64,000 bases of DNA from Octopus vulgaris (taxonomy: Eukaryota). Both the position numbers and the translations under genes were made by a program. The notes beneath the pieces were generated by a model. It did no database searches. It was given only the letters and a program-made list of their open reading frames with translations, and was not told the origin of the DNA. Location of the stretch: NCBI GenBank assembly GCA_951406725.2, contig OX597827.1:18848001-18912000 (forward strand), read 5' to 3'. This document shows, piece after piece, positions 39,895 to 53,391 of this stretch (its first letter is position 1; each line of letters starts with the position of its first letter).

Positions 39895-40473
39895 TATATA
39901 TATAGATATATATATATGTACATATATATGTATAGATTTTTTATATCTATTTATATACCTATCTATGTATGTACGCATGTATAAATATATATGTGTGTGT
40001 GTAAGAGAGAGAGGGAGAGACAGTAAATGAAATTCAATTCAAGTGATCCTTTATTAAGGAGCACTACGATCGTTTCGACAGTGTTGTAGTATGGCCGCAA
40101 CACAATGATTGAAAGAACTGAAAGATAAAATATGAGACACGTGCGTATATACATACATACATACATACATACATACATACATACATACATACATACATAC
40201 ATACATACATACATACATACATACATACTTGCTTTTCCGTAGGAAGGCATGTTAGAACCATCAGGTATTCAGACCTTTAAAAACAAGGAATACTAGTGGA
40301 GCACCCCAATAAAAACATCAATTCGATGCAAACATAACAGATACAGCATTATTGTATGGGACAGAGAACAAAAGTCATGCCTGTTGTAGAGGTCAGCTGC
40401 CCAACAAAAGACGAAGTTAGGTGGTGTACAAAACAAACAGATGTATTAGTATAATGCTCGGGAAGTGAAAAAG

Positions 40474-40511
40474 CCTTTAACGTTTCGAGCCTATGCTCTT
40501 CCACAGAAAGG
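40474..40511 (-). ncRNA. Minimal hammerhead motif, A6U variant, in pLTR-like element ~40405-40790
   Basis: ccttt CTGTGGA a GAGC atag GCTC GAAA C GTT aaagg. Confidence 0.65.
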
Positions 40512-41041
40512 AACACAGAAAAAAACAAGGACAGAAAATAAAGAATCTGTAGTGGCTAGCGGTCTATCATGGCGAATGCCGGACAGAAGGATCACACAGG
40601 AGAGCGGTGAAAAAGGGGAGATAATAGAGTGGTGGTGATCCCAAAACGAAGGTGCGCCTGTGTATAAGAGAGTTTGTATGTGCCTGTGGATGAGGGCTGG
40701 TGATCTTGGCGTGTTCGTGTGTGTATGTGTAGGCGTGAAAATGTGAATCTGGGAAGTGGTCAGTTGTGATGTGTGCCTGGTGGTGTGTTGATACGCACTG
40801 GTTAAGTATCAATCTTGAGAAATTAGGCTTTTCAAAACCAGAAACGATTCGAAGACCAGAGATCCAAGCCATCACTGGAACAATAAAAATTTGTAAGACT
40901 TCCCAGAAATTTAGCATTTAAATATATATGAGCATGTCTAGATATGCAAGTATATTCATGAGAATACATAGATAAAACAAAGCGCACAAATCTGCATCTG
41001 CACTGACTCCAAATACTGCACGTATACATACATACATACGA

Positions 41042-41455
41042 AGGCGTAGGAAGTGGTATGTAGTTTGCTTACCAACCGCATGGTTACGGGTTCAGTTCCG
41101 CTGCGTGGCACCTTGGGCAAGTGTCTTCTACTATAGTCTCGGGCCGATACCAAAGATTATGAGTGGATTTGATAGACGGAAACTGAAAGAAGCCCGACGT
41201 ATATATGTATATATGTATGTGTGCGTATATGATTGTATGTCTGTCTTTGCCCCCGCCCCACCACCACAACATCGCTTGACAACCGATGCTGTTGTGTTTA
41301 CGTCCTCGTGTCTTAGTTGTCCGGCCTAAGGCCAATAGAATAAGTACTAAGCTTATAAAAGAATAAGTCCTGGGGTCGATTTGCTCGACTGAAGGCCGTG
41401 CTCCAGCATGACCTCAGTCAAATGACTGAAACAAGTAAAAGAATAAAAAGAATAA
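41042..41455 (+). mobile_element. SINE family A inserted in the 3' UTR of a (CATA)n-associated LINE
   Basis: LINE 3' UTR resumes at 41478 (accctgttgctaatgttg). Confidence 0.88.
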
Positions 41456-41581
41456 ATACATAAATATTTACGTACATACCCTGTTGCTAATGTTGAAATT
41501 TCAATGGAGTAAACTTGGATCTAGGTTAGAAACCGGCTCTTACTCTGTTGGCAAGAAACCTTTAAATAAAACTGAATAATG

Positions 41582-42600
41582 ACACACATACATACAAACA
41601 TACAAACATACATACATACACACACACATACATACATACATACATACACACATACATACATACATACATACATACATACATACATACATACATACATACA
41701 CACATACACACACAGATACATGCATACATACATACAAACATACACACACATAAATACACACATACACACATACACACATACATACATACATTCATACACA
41801 TATACACACCTACACACACATACATACACACATACACACATACATACATACATTCATACACATATACACACATACATACACATACATACATACATACATA
41901 CACAAATACATACATACATACATACATACATACATACATACATACATACATACATACATACATGCATGCATGCATACATACATACATACGTACATACATA
42001 CATAAAAAATACATACATACACATACACGCACATACATACATGCATACATACATACAAACATACACACATACATACACACATACACACATACATACATAC
42101 ATACATTCATACACATATACACACATACACACACATACATGCATACATAAATACATACATACATACATACATACAACACATACATACATGCATACATACA
42201 TGCATACATACATGCATACATACATAATACATACATACATACATACATGCATACATACATGCATACATACATGCATACATACATACATACACACATACAT
42301 GCATACATACATACATATATACATACACAGACATACATACATGCATACATACATACATGCATAGATACATACGTACATACATACATACATACATACATAA
42401 TACATACATACACATTCATACACATATACACACCTACACCCACATACATGCATACATACATACACACATACACATATACACACCTACACACATACATGCA
42501 TACATACATACAGATATACATACATACATACATACATACATACATACATACATACATACATACATACATACATACATACATACGATACATACATACATAC
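41582..42600. repeat. ~1 kb compound (CATA)n/(CA)n microsatellite
   Basis: Direct inspection; starts right at the LINE 3' terminus. Confidence 0.95.
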
Positions 42601-43016
42601 ATATTTTGCGCACGTTCGCACATATGAAACAAGTGAAGACAAAAATACGAATGGAATGAGCACACCGGTGAAACGTATCCAGAAAACGTGTAACGGTAGG
42701 AAGTAGCTTCATCAGAGCGTTTAATTGCCGCCGTGACGTAGAGGAGAACATTACGTGAGCGGAAACCGGTAGGTAACAGCAGTTAAAAGGCTTTTGATGT
42801 TTTTCAGAGTTGAGTATTTTGTCTCTCTTCTGTTTTTAGTAGAAACCACACAGGATTTCGCTTCGGCTCTCATCCGCTCAGGCTCAAATGAAACGTTTAA
42901 CCAATGTATGATATTAATATTGGGTATGTATGTATGTATTTATGTATGTATGTATGTATGTATGTATGTATTTATATTTATACATATATATATAGATGCA
43001 CACACACACATACACT

Positions 43017-43059
<43 letters not shown>

Positions 43060-43188
43060 ACACACATATATATATATATGAACATATATATATATGCGCA
43101 TATACGTATACATATATATATATATATGCGCATATACGTATACATATATATATATGTATATATACGTACACATATATACACGTATATA

Positions 43189-43254
<66 letters not shown>

Positions 43255-43347
43255 AAGGTGTAGCGTTTGTAATAGTCTGGATAGAATTGACATATCGGTT
43301 CCATTCTAGCAAAAACTGTCCGATGAACGGCAACGGGAAACTCAGAG

Positions 43348-43608
43348 TCACCGACCAGGCTATCAGATGTTGCTACACATCGCTGGTCACAATGCGCTTC
43401 GCATTGTTTTACCCTTCAAATGACACCACCCCGCTGGCTAAGTGGGCAGGCCAACAAGAAAGAGTGAGAGAAAGTTGTGGCGAAAGAGTACAGCAGGGAT
43501 CGCCAGCACCCCCTGCCGGAGCCTCGTGGAGCTTTGGGTGTTTTCGCTCAATAAACACTCACAACACCCGGTCTGGGAATCGAAACCGCGATCCTACAAC
43601 CGCGAGTC
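43348..43608 (-). mobile_element. SINE family C, 5'-truncated
   Basis: Matches 8667-8968. Confidence 0.85.
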
Positions 43609-43613
43609 GTGCA

Positions 43614-44509
43614 TATATATATATATATAAATATATATACACACATAAATGGCAATTTCTGTCTGTTTGTGGCTTTGTACGTGTTAGTGAATTTCTTACT
43701 TTCGCACCTCCGAGACTATCGGACCGATTTTGACACGTGTCAAGCGATTTAAAAAAAAAAAAATCGATAATCTTTAATCAGCATCGATTTTTCAAAAATC
43801 AATAGGACATTTCTATGCAAATTCTGATATGAATGTTATTTTCTGCCATAACTTTTAAAGTTTTCAACCGATTTTCTTGAAATTTTATACACAGACAGAA
43901 TATGCGCTAAGGATTTTTACCCAGGCCACTCAAGCAAAGCGTAAAGAGGGTTTTTGATTAACCAATTAACGAAATTTGGCCTAAGTTATTGTGGGGTTAC
44001 AATGTTCATCAATTATTTCAGTATTCTCAGATTGCTGTAACATATATTTTCTTAACACCTGCACTTAAAATTATCGATTCTAAACGTTGCAGCGTCGTGT
44101 GCTAAAATATGTAATATGCATTTTCTTAACACCTGCAATTAAAATTGTCATTTCAACCGTTGCAATCGATATTTGACTCTCACGATCAATGAAACTATAC
44201 CCATGAAACGCAGTTGTCAAATTAAGCGCCTTTTCTCTAAATACTTTTTTGTTTACTTTTCAATTCCCTTCTTGATGTTTCCATCCATTGATTATATATA
44301 TTTGCAGCTTCCCACTCATCTGACCAAACGATTGTCAGTTTCCGATTCCACACGTATTTATTTGTATTATTGTTTCGTGAATAAATTTGCTTACGCCCTC
44401 TGTTATCTGTCCTATGTCATGATTTCATTTTGCGTCTGAGAGAAATTAGGCATTGTAATGGATACTGGGAATATCCCCGCTCCAGGGTATTACCGGGTAC
44501 CTCAGCTTG
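43614..44509 (+). mobile_element. Older non-autonomous Helitron
   Basis: 5' tatatataaat...aatggcaatttctgtctgtttgt; internal ttttcaaccgattttcttgaaattt; 3' ccagggtattaccggg hairpin then cagCTTG|T (decayed CTAG). Confidence 0.6.
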
Positions 44510-44745
44510 TATATATGTGTATGTATGTATGTACGTATGTATGTATGTATGTATGTATGTATGTATGTATGTATGTATGTGTGTATGTATGTATGTATGT
44601 ATGCATGCATGTATGTATGCATGTATGTATGTATGTATGTATGCATGTATGTATGTATGCATGTATGTATGTATGTATGTATTGTATGTATGTATGTATG
44701 CATGTATGTATGTACGCATGCATGTATGTATGCATGTATTGTATG

Positions 44746-44779
<34 letters not shown>

Positions 44780-44811
44780 TGTATGTATGTATATATGTAT
44801 GTATGTATGTA

Positions 44812-46037
44812 CAGGATGGGGAAGCAAAACTTGAAATATTTTGGAAGCCTTATTTTTCATATATTCCTGAGCGTAAATGCTAAAATATTGTTTTCTATTT
44901 CAGGGTGGAGGTATTTAGAGTTAATTTAAACAGAAGTTCCAGTCATACAATTTAGCATGTCCCCTCAAGAAGACCAAGAGACAGCGCATTGCAGATTTGC
45001 TTCGTGCTGGGGGTTGCAATTAGACGTATTGCTCTGACTGTCAGAGCCTCTGTGAGCAATGCCTACAACTTTAAGAACCAAACGCTGAATATGGGAGGCA
45101 TCAAGAGAAAGCAAGGAAGTGGAGGTATAGATAAAAAGCGGGATAATGCATTTCTTAAATCTCTCAAAGCCAAAATTTCGAAAGACCTAATAAGATGCCT
45201 GAAAAATTGTTCACGGACATGAAAATTGATCCAAAGACCATCAGAAATAATGTACATACTGATTTATATTTGGGGTCATACGCGAGGACCCCGAGACACA
45301 TATTGACTAATGCAATGGAAGGCAAAAAGGGATGAAAGGGCCAAAAAAAGCGTTGCGATACCTGAAACACAACGGACAAACCGTCAAAATCTTTTGAGAT
45401 CTTTTATGATCGATACATTGTTAGGTCTTCTTCTAAAGTAATGGGCGTCTTTAGGACCAAGCCCCCAGCTCAAGTCATAAGACTGGGAGTCGTGGTGTCT
45501 GACGGAAAAAAGATGCCTCTCCATTTTTTCAAGTCTGGGGAAAGGTGGGGGCTGATGTTTATTATAAGGTGCTACCTTGGTTGAACTACCCCAACGGTAA
45601 TTATGTGTGGACTCAAAAATGGTGCTCCTGCTCATACAGCAAATAATGTGCAGTTTTTCTGCGAAGACAACTTCGCTGACTTTTGGCCTGCCAAATTCTG
45701 GCTTTCTTCCAACCCAGACCTGAACTCCCTGGACTATGCCATATGGGGCAAATTGGATCACTCTACAAACAGGACTTCGGATCCAAGTCTTGATAATTTA
45801 AGCAAATCCTGATGGAAAAGTGGGACAACATGTCTGAGAACTTCATCATGAATAGTTGTGACGCCTTCAGGAAGCATGTGAAGGTTATGGTGGACAATGA
45901 AGGCAGACATATTGAATAAATTATCTCTTTATACACCTGTAAACTTGTGGTAAAATTATACTTATGTGAGAGTGCTGGTTGTTGTAATATAAACAATTTG
46001 GTGAATTATCAATTATTTTCCAAGTTTTGCTTCCCCA

Positions 46038-46042
<5 letters not shown>
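44812..46042 (+). mobile_element. Decayed Tc1/mariner DNA transposon
   Basis: TIR caggatggggaagcaaaacttg / caagttttgcttccccacacta, TA flanks; remnant NGAPAHTANNVQFFCEDNFADFWPAKFWLSSNPDLNSLDYAIWGKL. Confidence 0.9.
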
Positions 46043-46095
<53 letters not shown>

Positions 46096-46123
46096 ATACA
46101 TATATACATACATATATATATAA

Positions 46124-46168
<45 letters not shown>

Positions 46169-46871
46169 ATATTACCTCTGTGTGCGTATGTGTGCTTGTA
46201 TGTGTGTGTGTATGTGTGTGTGTGTATGACTGCGTGCGCGCACATGTTTGCTTATATGTTTGGAAGCCATAACTGCATTCTCACTTGCTGAAAAATAGGT
46301 AGGACTGCATTGATGACGCCTATGAAGGCAAAAACACGTGCCCACAACTTTATTCTTGTCTTCAGGCTACAAGTTGCTAGATACATCAGTTGCATCCTAA
46401 CCCATTGTTGCATCCACCACAATCGCTTCTTATTAACTACTACACCAGAACGACGTTTTGGAGTTCCACCCTGCGTCATATCTTTTTCACAGGTGCTTAT
46501 TTACATAGGTTGAAGAGAAACACTTATGGCATCATTCTCACCGATCTAGAAGGATTTGTGAAGCATGGTCACTACTCTTTCATCATGAACATGGTAACTG
46601 CTTTCCCATCTAGACTCGGCCAGTTAAAGTAAAAAATAGCGAGACAGGACGACATGTAAATTGATATATACAAAACCTCAGTACGACAAATATTTAAATC
46701 TTTCGACAAAACAAAAGGATTGGGAACAATGAGATATGATTAGCAATTAAAAAATTCCAATGCCCTTAATGAAACCAGTAGCTTTTGACTGCATTGAGCA
46801 CTCTCTGTCTTTGAGCTAGTCGTGCCCTGTACATTTTATATACATACATACATGCCTGCATATATACATGT

Positions 46872-47000
<129 letters not shown>

Positions 47001-47267
47001 ACATCAAACTATTTGTAAAAACAATTTAAGAATAAACTGAAGAATTATTCAATGTACATAATAATTAGAGTACATAATTATTAAACTTTTACCAGTAGAG
47101 TGGAAGCAGAAATTCAGAAGTTTCGGTTTGCTGGCCTTCGTCAGACTGGGTTTCTTTTGACTTACACGATCCTAAGTGTAATACAATTTGACGATGGCTA
47201 ACTGGTCGAAACTCCGGCGTGCCTGTCACCCCTCGATCTGTAAATGTTTAGCACACACACACACAAA

Positions 47268-47322
<55 letters not shown>

Positions 47323-47423
47323 CAGTGTGAGTACTTTATAATTGTAAGCACCTGTATATAAAATTTGGTGGTGTAGGTAGTGGAGTAAATTAATCAAAAT
47401 AAAAACATGATGCCAAGAATTCA

Positions 47424-47501
47424 GCGGTACATATGTTTCGGGCCTTTATTAGACGGATTTATAACAATGCATAATGTGTGTCTATGGTCTTCTTCAGCCG
47501 C
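47424..47501 (-). ncRNA. Type I hammerhead motif, canonical core
   Basis: gcgg CTGAAGA agacc...ggccc GAAA CATAT GTA ccgc. Confidence 0.75.
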
Positions 47502-47765
47502 GCACTATTACTACTTCAAGGACATGTATTACATCATGAATTCTACGTTGGGGATGCAAATCCTCTCAGTCGCGTACGACATAGTGGGGCACCAGCACAA
47601 AAATGAAGCGTCCATCCCATCTTTCACTCAATGTAGTGAGTGAAAGACGGGATGGACGCTTCATTTTTGTGCTGGTGCCCCACTCTGTCGTACGCGACTG
47701 AGAGGATTTGCATCCCCAACGTAGAATTTATGATGTAATACATGTCCTTGAAGTAGTAATTGTGC

Positions 47766-47843
47766 GCGGCTGAAGAAGACCATAGACACACATTATGCAT
47801 TGTTATAAATCCGTCTAATAAAGGCCCGAAACATATGTACCGC
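47766..47843 (+). ncRNA. Type I hammerhead motif, canonical core (twin of 47424-47501)
   Basis: gcgg CTGAAGA agacc...ggccc GAAA CATAT GTA ccgc; palindromic stem III ACATATGT. Confidence 0.75.
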
Positions 47844-47876
47844 TGAATTCTTGGCATCATGTTTTTATTTTGATTA

Positions 47877-47911
<35 letters not shown>

Positions 47912-48486
47912 TATAATACATATATTCGTATATATGCATGCATGCATGTATATATGCATGTGTGTGTGTTTCTATGTCTGTAAGTCTGTATAAAGTGTTC
48001 GTAAGCAGTCCATAATAATATCATGGGCAAAGCAGAAGTAAATAATAATCAACACTCCAGTCAAACTAAACATTCATTATTCAAAATAGTTATACTAAAT
48101 CAAATTCCGCAACACCGAGATTCTAGATGCCCAGGAACAGGGGCAAGCTTTTTATTCAATGGCGGTGCCCCAGCATGGCCACAGCTCATGGGCTGAAACT
48201 AGAATCAATCAATCAAATCCTAATACTGGAATTTATTTTTATGACGCCAAGCCCATGGGACTTCAGATTGTTCTAGTGTTCAAATCCCGGGTGGTATTAT
48301 TATTTGGATTATTTGTCCTGTTATCGACATGCATACGTTAAATGTATTTTAGTTGCATAAATAGGATATTTTCGCTTTGACATTTATTATTGAGAGTTAA
48401 AACCCCTTTTGAAAATGACACCGAAAAAAAAAAGTTATATTGGGCTCACAGAAAGCACTTTTAAAAGAAGTTTTTTAGGAATGTAT

Positions 48487-49020
48487 ACTCTTTTACTCTT
48501 TTATTTGTTTCAGTCATTTGACTGCGGCCATGCTGGAGCACCGCCTTTAGTCGAGCAAATTGACCCCAGGACTTATTCTTTGTAATACTAGTACTTATTC
48601 TATCGGTCTCTTTTACCAAACCGCTAAGTTATGGGGACATGAACACACCAGCATCGGTTGTCAAACACAGACACACAAACACACATATATATATATATAC
48701 ATATACACGACAGGCTTCTTTCAGTTTCCATCTACCAAATCCACTCACAAGGCTTTGGTCGGCCCGAGGCTATAGTAGAAGACACTTGCCCAAAGTGCCA
48801 CGCAGTGGGACTGAACCCAGAACCATGTGGTTGGTAAGCAAGCTACTTTATTTCATAAAATTTGTCATATAGACAGTACAAAGATTGTGTAGCTTTGCGG
48901 GCTGGACAAACACATTAATGAATGAAAATGAAATAAAATGAATAAATGAGAGACGAAATCCAACACCCGCCGATTGGATTTTTCTTTGTAAGCAAGCTAC
49001 TTACCACACAGCCACTCCTG
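48487..49020 (-). mobile_element. SINE family A interrupted by a 139 bp insertion
   Basis: gtaagcaagctactt duplicated at 48834-48848 and 48988-49002. Confidence 0.88.
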
Positions 49021-49332
49021 TATGTATAAATATAGATACAAAAAACAAGCATATTACTAATTTTCTATTCGAATATTAATACAACTAACGTTCATCAACC
49101 ATTTAAACAAAGCAGTGGGGTAAGTGAAACTCGGATTTTAAGCAGCTCATAATGTTGGAGCTCCCAATAAAATATATACACTTTTATGTATTGGATACGT
49201 TTTCTTTATTTGTGTATGTAAACGCAAAAATTACATGTGTATGAATATATACACATAGACATGCGCACAAACACATACTTACATATGCACATATGTATAA
49301 ATATGTGTGTGTATATGTATGTATATGTATAA

Positions 49333-49382
<50 letters not shown>

Positions 49383-49670
49383 ATATAATTGCGTGTGAGT
49401 GATGTGTGCGTGCCTGTGTTTAGTGTGTAATTGAATAATTCAATTAAAGTAATTACATTAAATTTATTTGGGGACTAATGTAAGTTTCAACAAGCAACAC
49501 GTATGTAAATCGTAATTCATGACTAATTCTAGATGCAGACACTAATGACTCCTAATGAACGAGAATCAAATGTGTATTTGCGCGTTCGCGCGTGTGTGAG
49601 TGTGTGTGCGTAGAAGTCTGCGTGTGTGTGCATGAAATGCTTGTGAGTGTGTGTGTGTAAAACTGAATAA

Positions 49671-49800
<130 letters not shown>

Positions 49801-49817
49801 TTACACATATATTTCAT

Positions 49818-49848
<31 letters not shown>

Positions 49849-49853
49849 CATAC

Positions 49854-49933
<80 letters not shown>

Positions 49934-50025
49934 CAGGACAGAGTGTGAGATAAAGAAATGGTAGGGGAAAGAAGAAGAAAAAAATAGTGCTCTTAGTGGA
50001 AAAAACAGTCTGACCTGATAGTAAG

Positions 50026-50101
50026 CTACGTGCCTGTTGAATTATCTTTGAAACGAGCAATATGCAGGCGGAGATCAAGAAGCAGATAAACATTTATATA
50101 C
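50026..50101 (-). CDS. Candidate exon E of minus-strand gene
   Basis: ctccacctttctgaaattag| acceptor; only the phase-2 frame is open ([24 protein letters not shown]), matching exon D; possible GC donor cag|gcacgt at 50034. Confidence 0.35.
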
Positions 50102-50611
50102 CTAATTTCAGAAAGGTGGAGACAGGAAATCACACACAACAGTGTACTTGACTTAGCAAGCGTCTACGTGATTTGCTCGATCTGGTAGAAATGGTAGCCG
50201 AATTTCCTTTAAGTCGCACGCACGCCAAAGTCTTCAAGGAAGATGATGTCAAAAGTTAGTTTGGATAAATGTATGATGGTATTTGAATGAATGGCACCTT
50301 ACACGGAAAAAAGCGATGTTGGTCATCGATGGAACGCTTTTCACCATCGATTGACTGAACCAGAGCTGATTTTGGACTAACCATCAGCCATCATAGATGC
50401 TAAGTTCAGTTTCGATTTATGTTCCCATGAGTATGATACTCAATATATAGATACATGCATTCGAACACACACACACACACACATACACACACACACACAA
50501 TCGCACACACACACACACACATATATATACATTCATATATACACATACATATGCATATATACATACATATATATATATGCATGCACACACACACACACAT
50601 ATATATATATA

Positions 50612-51345
50612 TGATGGCTGCCCCCTCGTTATCGAGTATGGCCATTGCACGAAGCTTAACTGTTACTGGTGCTGTGATCGAATGTGACTTTTGTCTTGTA
50701 CAGAATTGGCAGCAAAAACCTTTACCGGTAATAGCCGGCTGTAGTTGTAACTGGGCTTCGTGTACCTTTGCCTGTCGTTTAAGTCTTCTTGCCGAATTAC
50801 ACTCTCTTCCACATGCCTGACAGATATGATTAGTATGGTGTGTAACAGCATCACCGGTGGCCAGGTTGTCATTCATCTGTCTCGCTTTATGACTACGAAG
50901 ATGACTCTTGAGTACAGCTTTACTGAGGCAGGGTCTTGCACAGACACTGCATGTCAGCATCATAGGAAGACCCTTCTCATCTGGAAGTGTAACAGCGATG
51001 CCCTTCCTGACATCTCTCCTTACTTTCTCATGCGCAACTCGAGATTTCTCAAAAGTAGCTGTCCCCTCGTGCTCAATCTTTCTCCACCTGCTACGATCAA
51101 TAGCTATGCCCTCCCATGTGTAACACATCTGAGACACATCTGATGGAAACGTTCTAGTTGTTTAAGGTGGTATCTATATGTGACCCACATCTCGCAGGCA
51201 TAGAGAAAAGAAGGGAGCACACATGCCTTGTACACCTTTATCTTTGTCTTTCTGCATATGTCTCACCGACCCCAGAGGCGCCTTTCTAGACTTCCGAAAG
51301 CAACACTTGCTTTCCTAATTCTATGTGGAATTTCATCATCCAAAT

Positions 51346-51347
<2 letters not shown>
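50612..51347 (-). mobile_element. RTE-clade LINE 3' fragment with C-terminal C2H2 fingers
   Basis: LDDEIPHRIRKASVAFGSL...TKIKVYKACVLPSFLYACEMW (RTE RT C-terminus), AIDRSRWR, CSVCARPCLSKAVLKSHLRSH. Confidence 0.85.
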
Positions 51348-51396
<49 letters not shown>

Positions 51397-51463
51397 ACCT
51401 CGTGTGTACCGTTGGCGATTTTTTTCCTTTGTCTTCCCTTCTCTGGATCTTTCCTTCTCCTAT

Positions 51464-51498
51464 GTTTCCGACGAAGAGCTCCGCTCGAAACGTTAAAC
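51464..51498 (+). ncRNA. Minimal hammerhead motif, U4C variant, in pLTR-like element 51395-51598
   Basis: gttt CCGACGA a GAGC tcc GCTC GAAA C GTT aaac. Confidence 0.7.
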
Positions 51499-51596
51499 CC
51501 TCCTTCTTCCCTTCTTTCCTGAGCGTCCAATAATACTATATTTGTTCCACGTCCTCGCTTTGTTGTGTTTTTTTTGTGTTCTCTTGTTTGGATTAA

Positions 51597-51704
<108 letters not shown>

Positions 51705-51739
51705 TGTGTTTGTGTGTGTGTGTGTGTATGTATATGTAT

Positions 51740-52120
51740 TTTATCTTTACTTATTTCGGTTATTTGACTGTGATCATGCTGGGGTGCCATGGAGGGTTTT
51801 TGGCAAACAAACAGAACCCAGGACACTTTTTCAAGCCAAGTACTTATACTACTGAACCGCTAAGTTACAGGACAGAAACACCCCAACAACGGCTGTCAAG
51901 TGGTGTGGGGAAGAAACACATACACAAAGACGCGCACGACAACACACATACAATCACATATGCATATACATATATATTCGACGGTCTTCTTTCAGTATTC
52001 ATTTACCAAATCAACCCAGAAGGCTTTGGTCGGCTTGATGGTATAGTAGAAGGCACTTGTCCAAGGTACCACGCAGTGCGATCGAACTCGGAACCATGTG
52101 GTTGGTAAGCAAGCTTCTTC
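51740..52120 (-). mobile_element. SINE family A, diverged
   Basis: Family blocks. Confidence 0.8.
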
Positions 52121-52271
52121 GCACACACACACACACACACACATACACATGTGTATTCTTATTCTTTTATTCTATTATTTCTTTCAGTCGTTTGACTGCG
52201 GTCATACAGGAGCACCGTCTTGTGACAAGTAAAATTATATATGTGTTGTGTGAATGTGTGTGTGTGAGTGA

Positions 52272-52314
<43 letters not shown>

Positions 52315-52316
<2 letters not shown>

Positions 52317-52490
52317 AGGCTATTTTTTAAAATCTTCAAAGCCACAGTCGAACCAATTCTACTATATGGCTCAGAAATCTGGACGTTATCAAAGAAGCTT
52401 GAGAGGCAGTTGGATGGAACCTACACTCGCCTCCTTATGAGAGCTCAAAATCTCTCGTGGAAGCGTCATCCAACCAAAATGCAAACATAA
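52315..52490 (+). mobile_element. RTE/RTE-X LINE internal fragment
   Basis: KIFKATVEPILLYGSEIWTLSKKLERQLDGTYTRLLMRAQNLSWKRH. Confidence 0.8.
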
Positions 52491-52518
52491 AAGTGTATAT
52501 CATTACACACACGAACAC

Positions 52519-52568
<50 letters not shown>

Positions 52569-52675
52569 TAATAGCAATGGTAAGACAACAAAAGAATGAA
52601 AGAGACTTCGATATTAAGTAAATAGCGGAATTTATCTGTAATATAATATGTGACAATTATTCGGTTGCCATAATG

Positions 52676-52733
52676 GAACTCCGAGTTTGGGATGTCGGGG
52701 CAGAAACCTGCACCGGCATCTCTTCAGTTATCG
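52676..52733 (-). ncRNA. Degenerate hammerhead motif with long helix II
   Basis: gataa CTGAAGA GATGCCGG-tGCAG gttt CTGCc-CCGACATC c cAAA CT cgg AG TT; G12 mutated. Confidence 0.5.
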
Positions 52734-52846
52734 AGGCAATCAAAATATGCCTTTTGCGATTATATTTTTAAAATTGGTAGTTGAGCTGAAACTGATTTTT
52801 AAATTATGTCTATTGAGAGGTTTCTGTAACTATGGTTGACTGGAAA

Positions 52847-52904
<58 letters not shown>

Positions 52905-52908
52905 TATA

Positions 52909-52963
<55 letters not shown>

Positions 52964-53148
52964 TATCGGAGTAAACACATAAATGTGAAACAAGGTAGAA
53001 AAAAGAGTACTCAAATACCAGAAGTAGAGTAATATGCTTTATTTGAAAGCAGCAGAAATTTAACAAAAGATGTAACTCGGAGTTTCACGTTCACGAGTGA
53101 AATTCCAGTAACAGCTTTTGTTAAATTTCTGCTGCTTTTAAATAAAGT
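52964..53148 (-). mobile_element. Inverted pLTR remnant, same family as 1803-2052
   Basis: Arms 53036-53089 / 53097-53147; tail matches the reverse complement of 1985-2052. Confidence 0.75.
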
Positions 53149-53233
53149 GTATATATATATCCGGTTTACGCATTTATACTTGTATTGAAATAGCAATCTA
53201 TGGTTCATATTGAACGTGTATACAGTGCCCTAC

Positions 53234-53391
53234 CTGTCAACGGCAATTGATGTGTGATTACGTAGACCGGACTTTCCTGAAGGCCGGCAGCTATTCGCAG
53301 TACCAGAGACTGAGTTAGTTATTGTTTCCTGTACCGAAGGCGACAGATCTTGTCTGGGTTTGTGTCTGTGGGTACACGTCATTGACAAGCC
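53234..53391 (-). CDS. Candidate exon D (158 nt) of minus-strand gene
   Basis: ctgccgtttcag| acceptor, cag|gtaggg donor; single open frame [52 protein letters not shown]. Confidence 0.45.

Larger units (their letters stand above)
47320..47878 (-). mobile_element. Penelope-type inverted pLTR: 242 bp near-perfect palindrome plus 70 bp tail
   Basis: 47389-47630 / 47637-47878 reverse complementary with about 4 mismatches, 6 nt spacer; flanked by (TA)n. Confidence 0.85.

Noticed and set aside
41562-42665. Long MYVC/HTYI-repeat ORFs here and throughout the window
   Set aside because: Products of (CATA)n, (TA)n and (CA)n microsatellites
42650-42900. CpG-rich island with several GAAAC-GT motifs (tgga ATGAGCA caccggt GAAACGTA tcca)
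   Set aside because: 3:8 positions mismatch (A/C) and helix II is marginal; cannot distinguish from chance or a regulatory element
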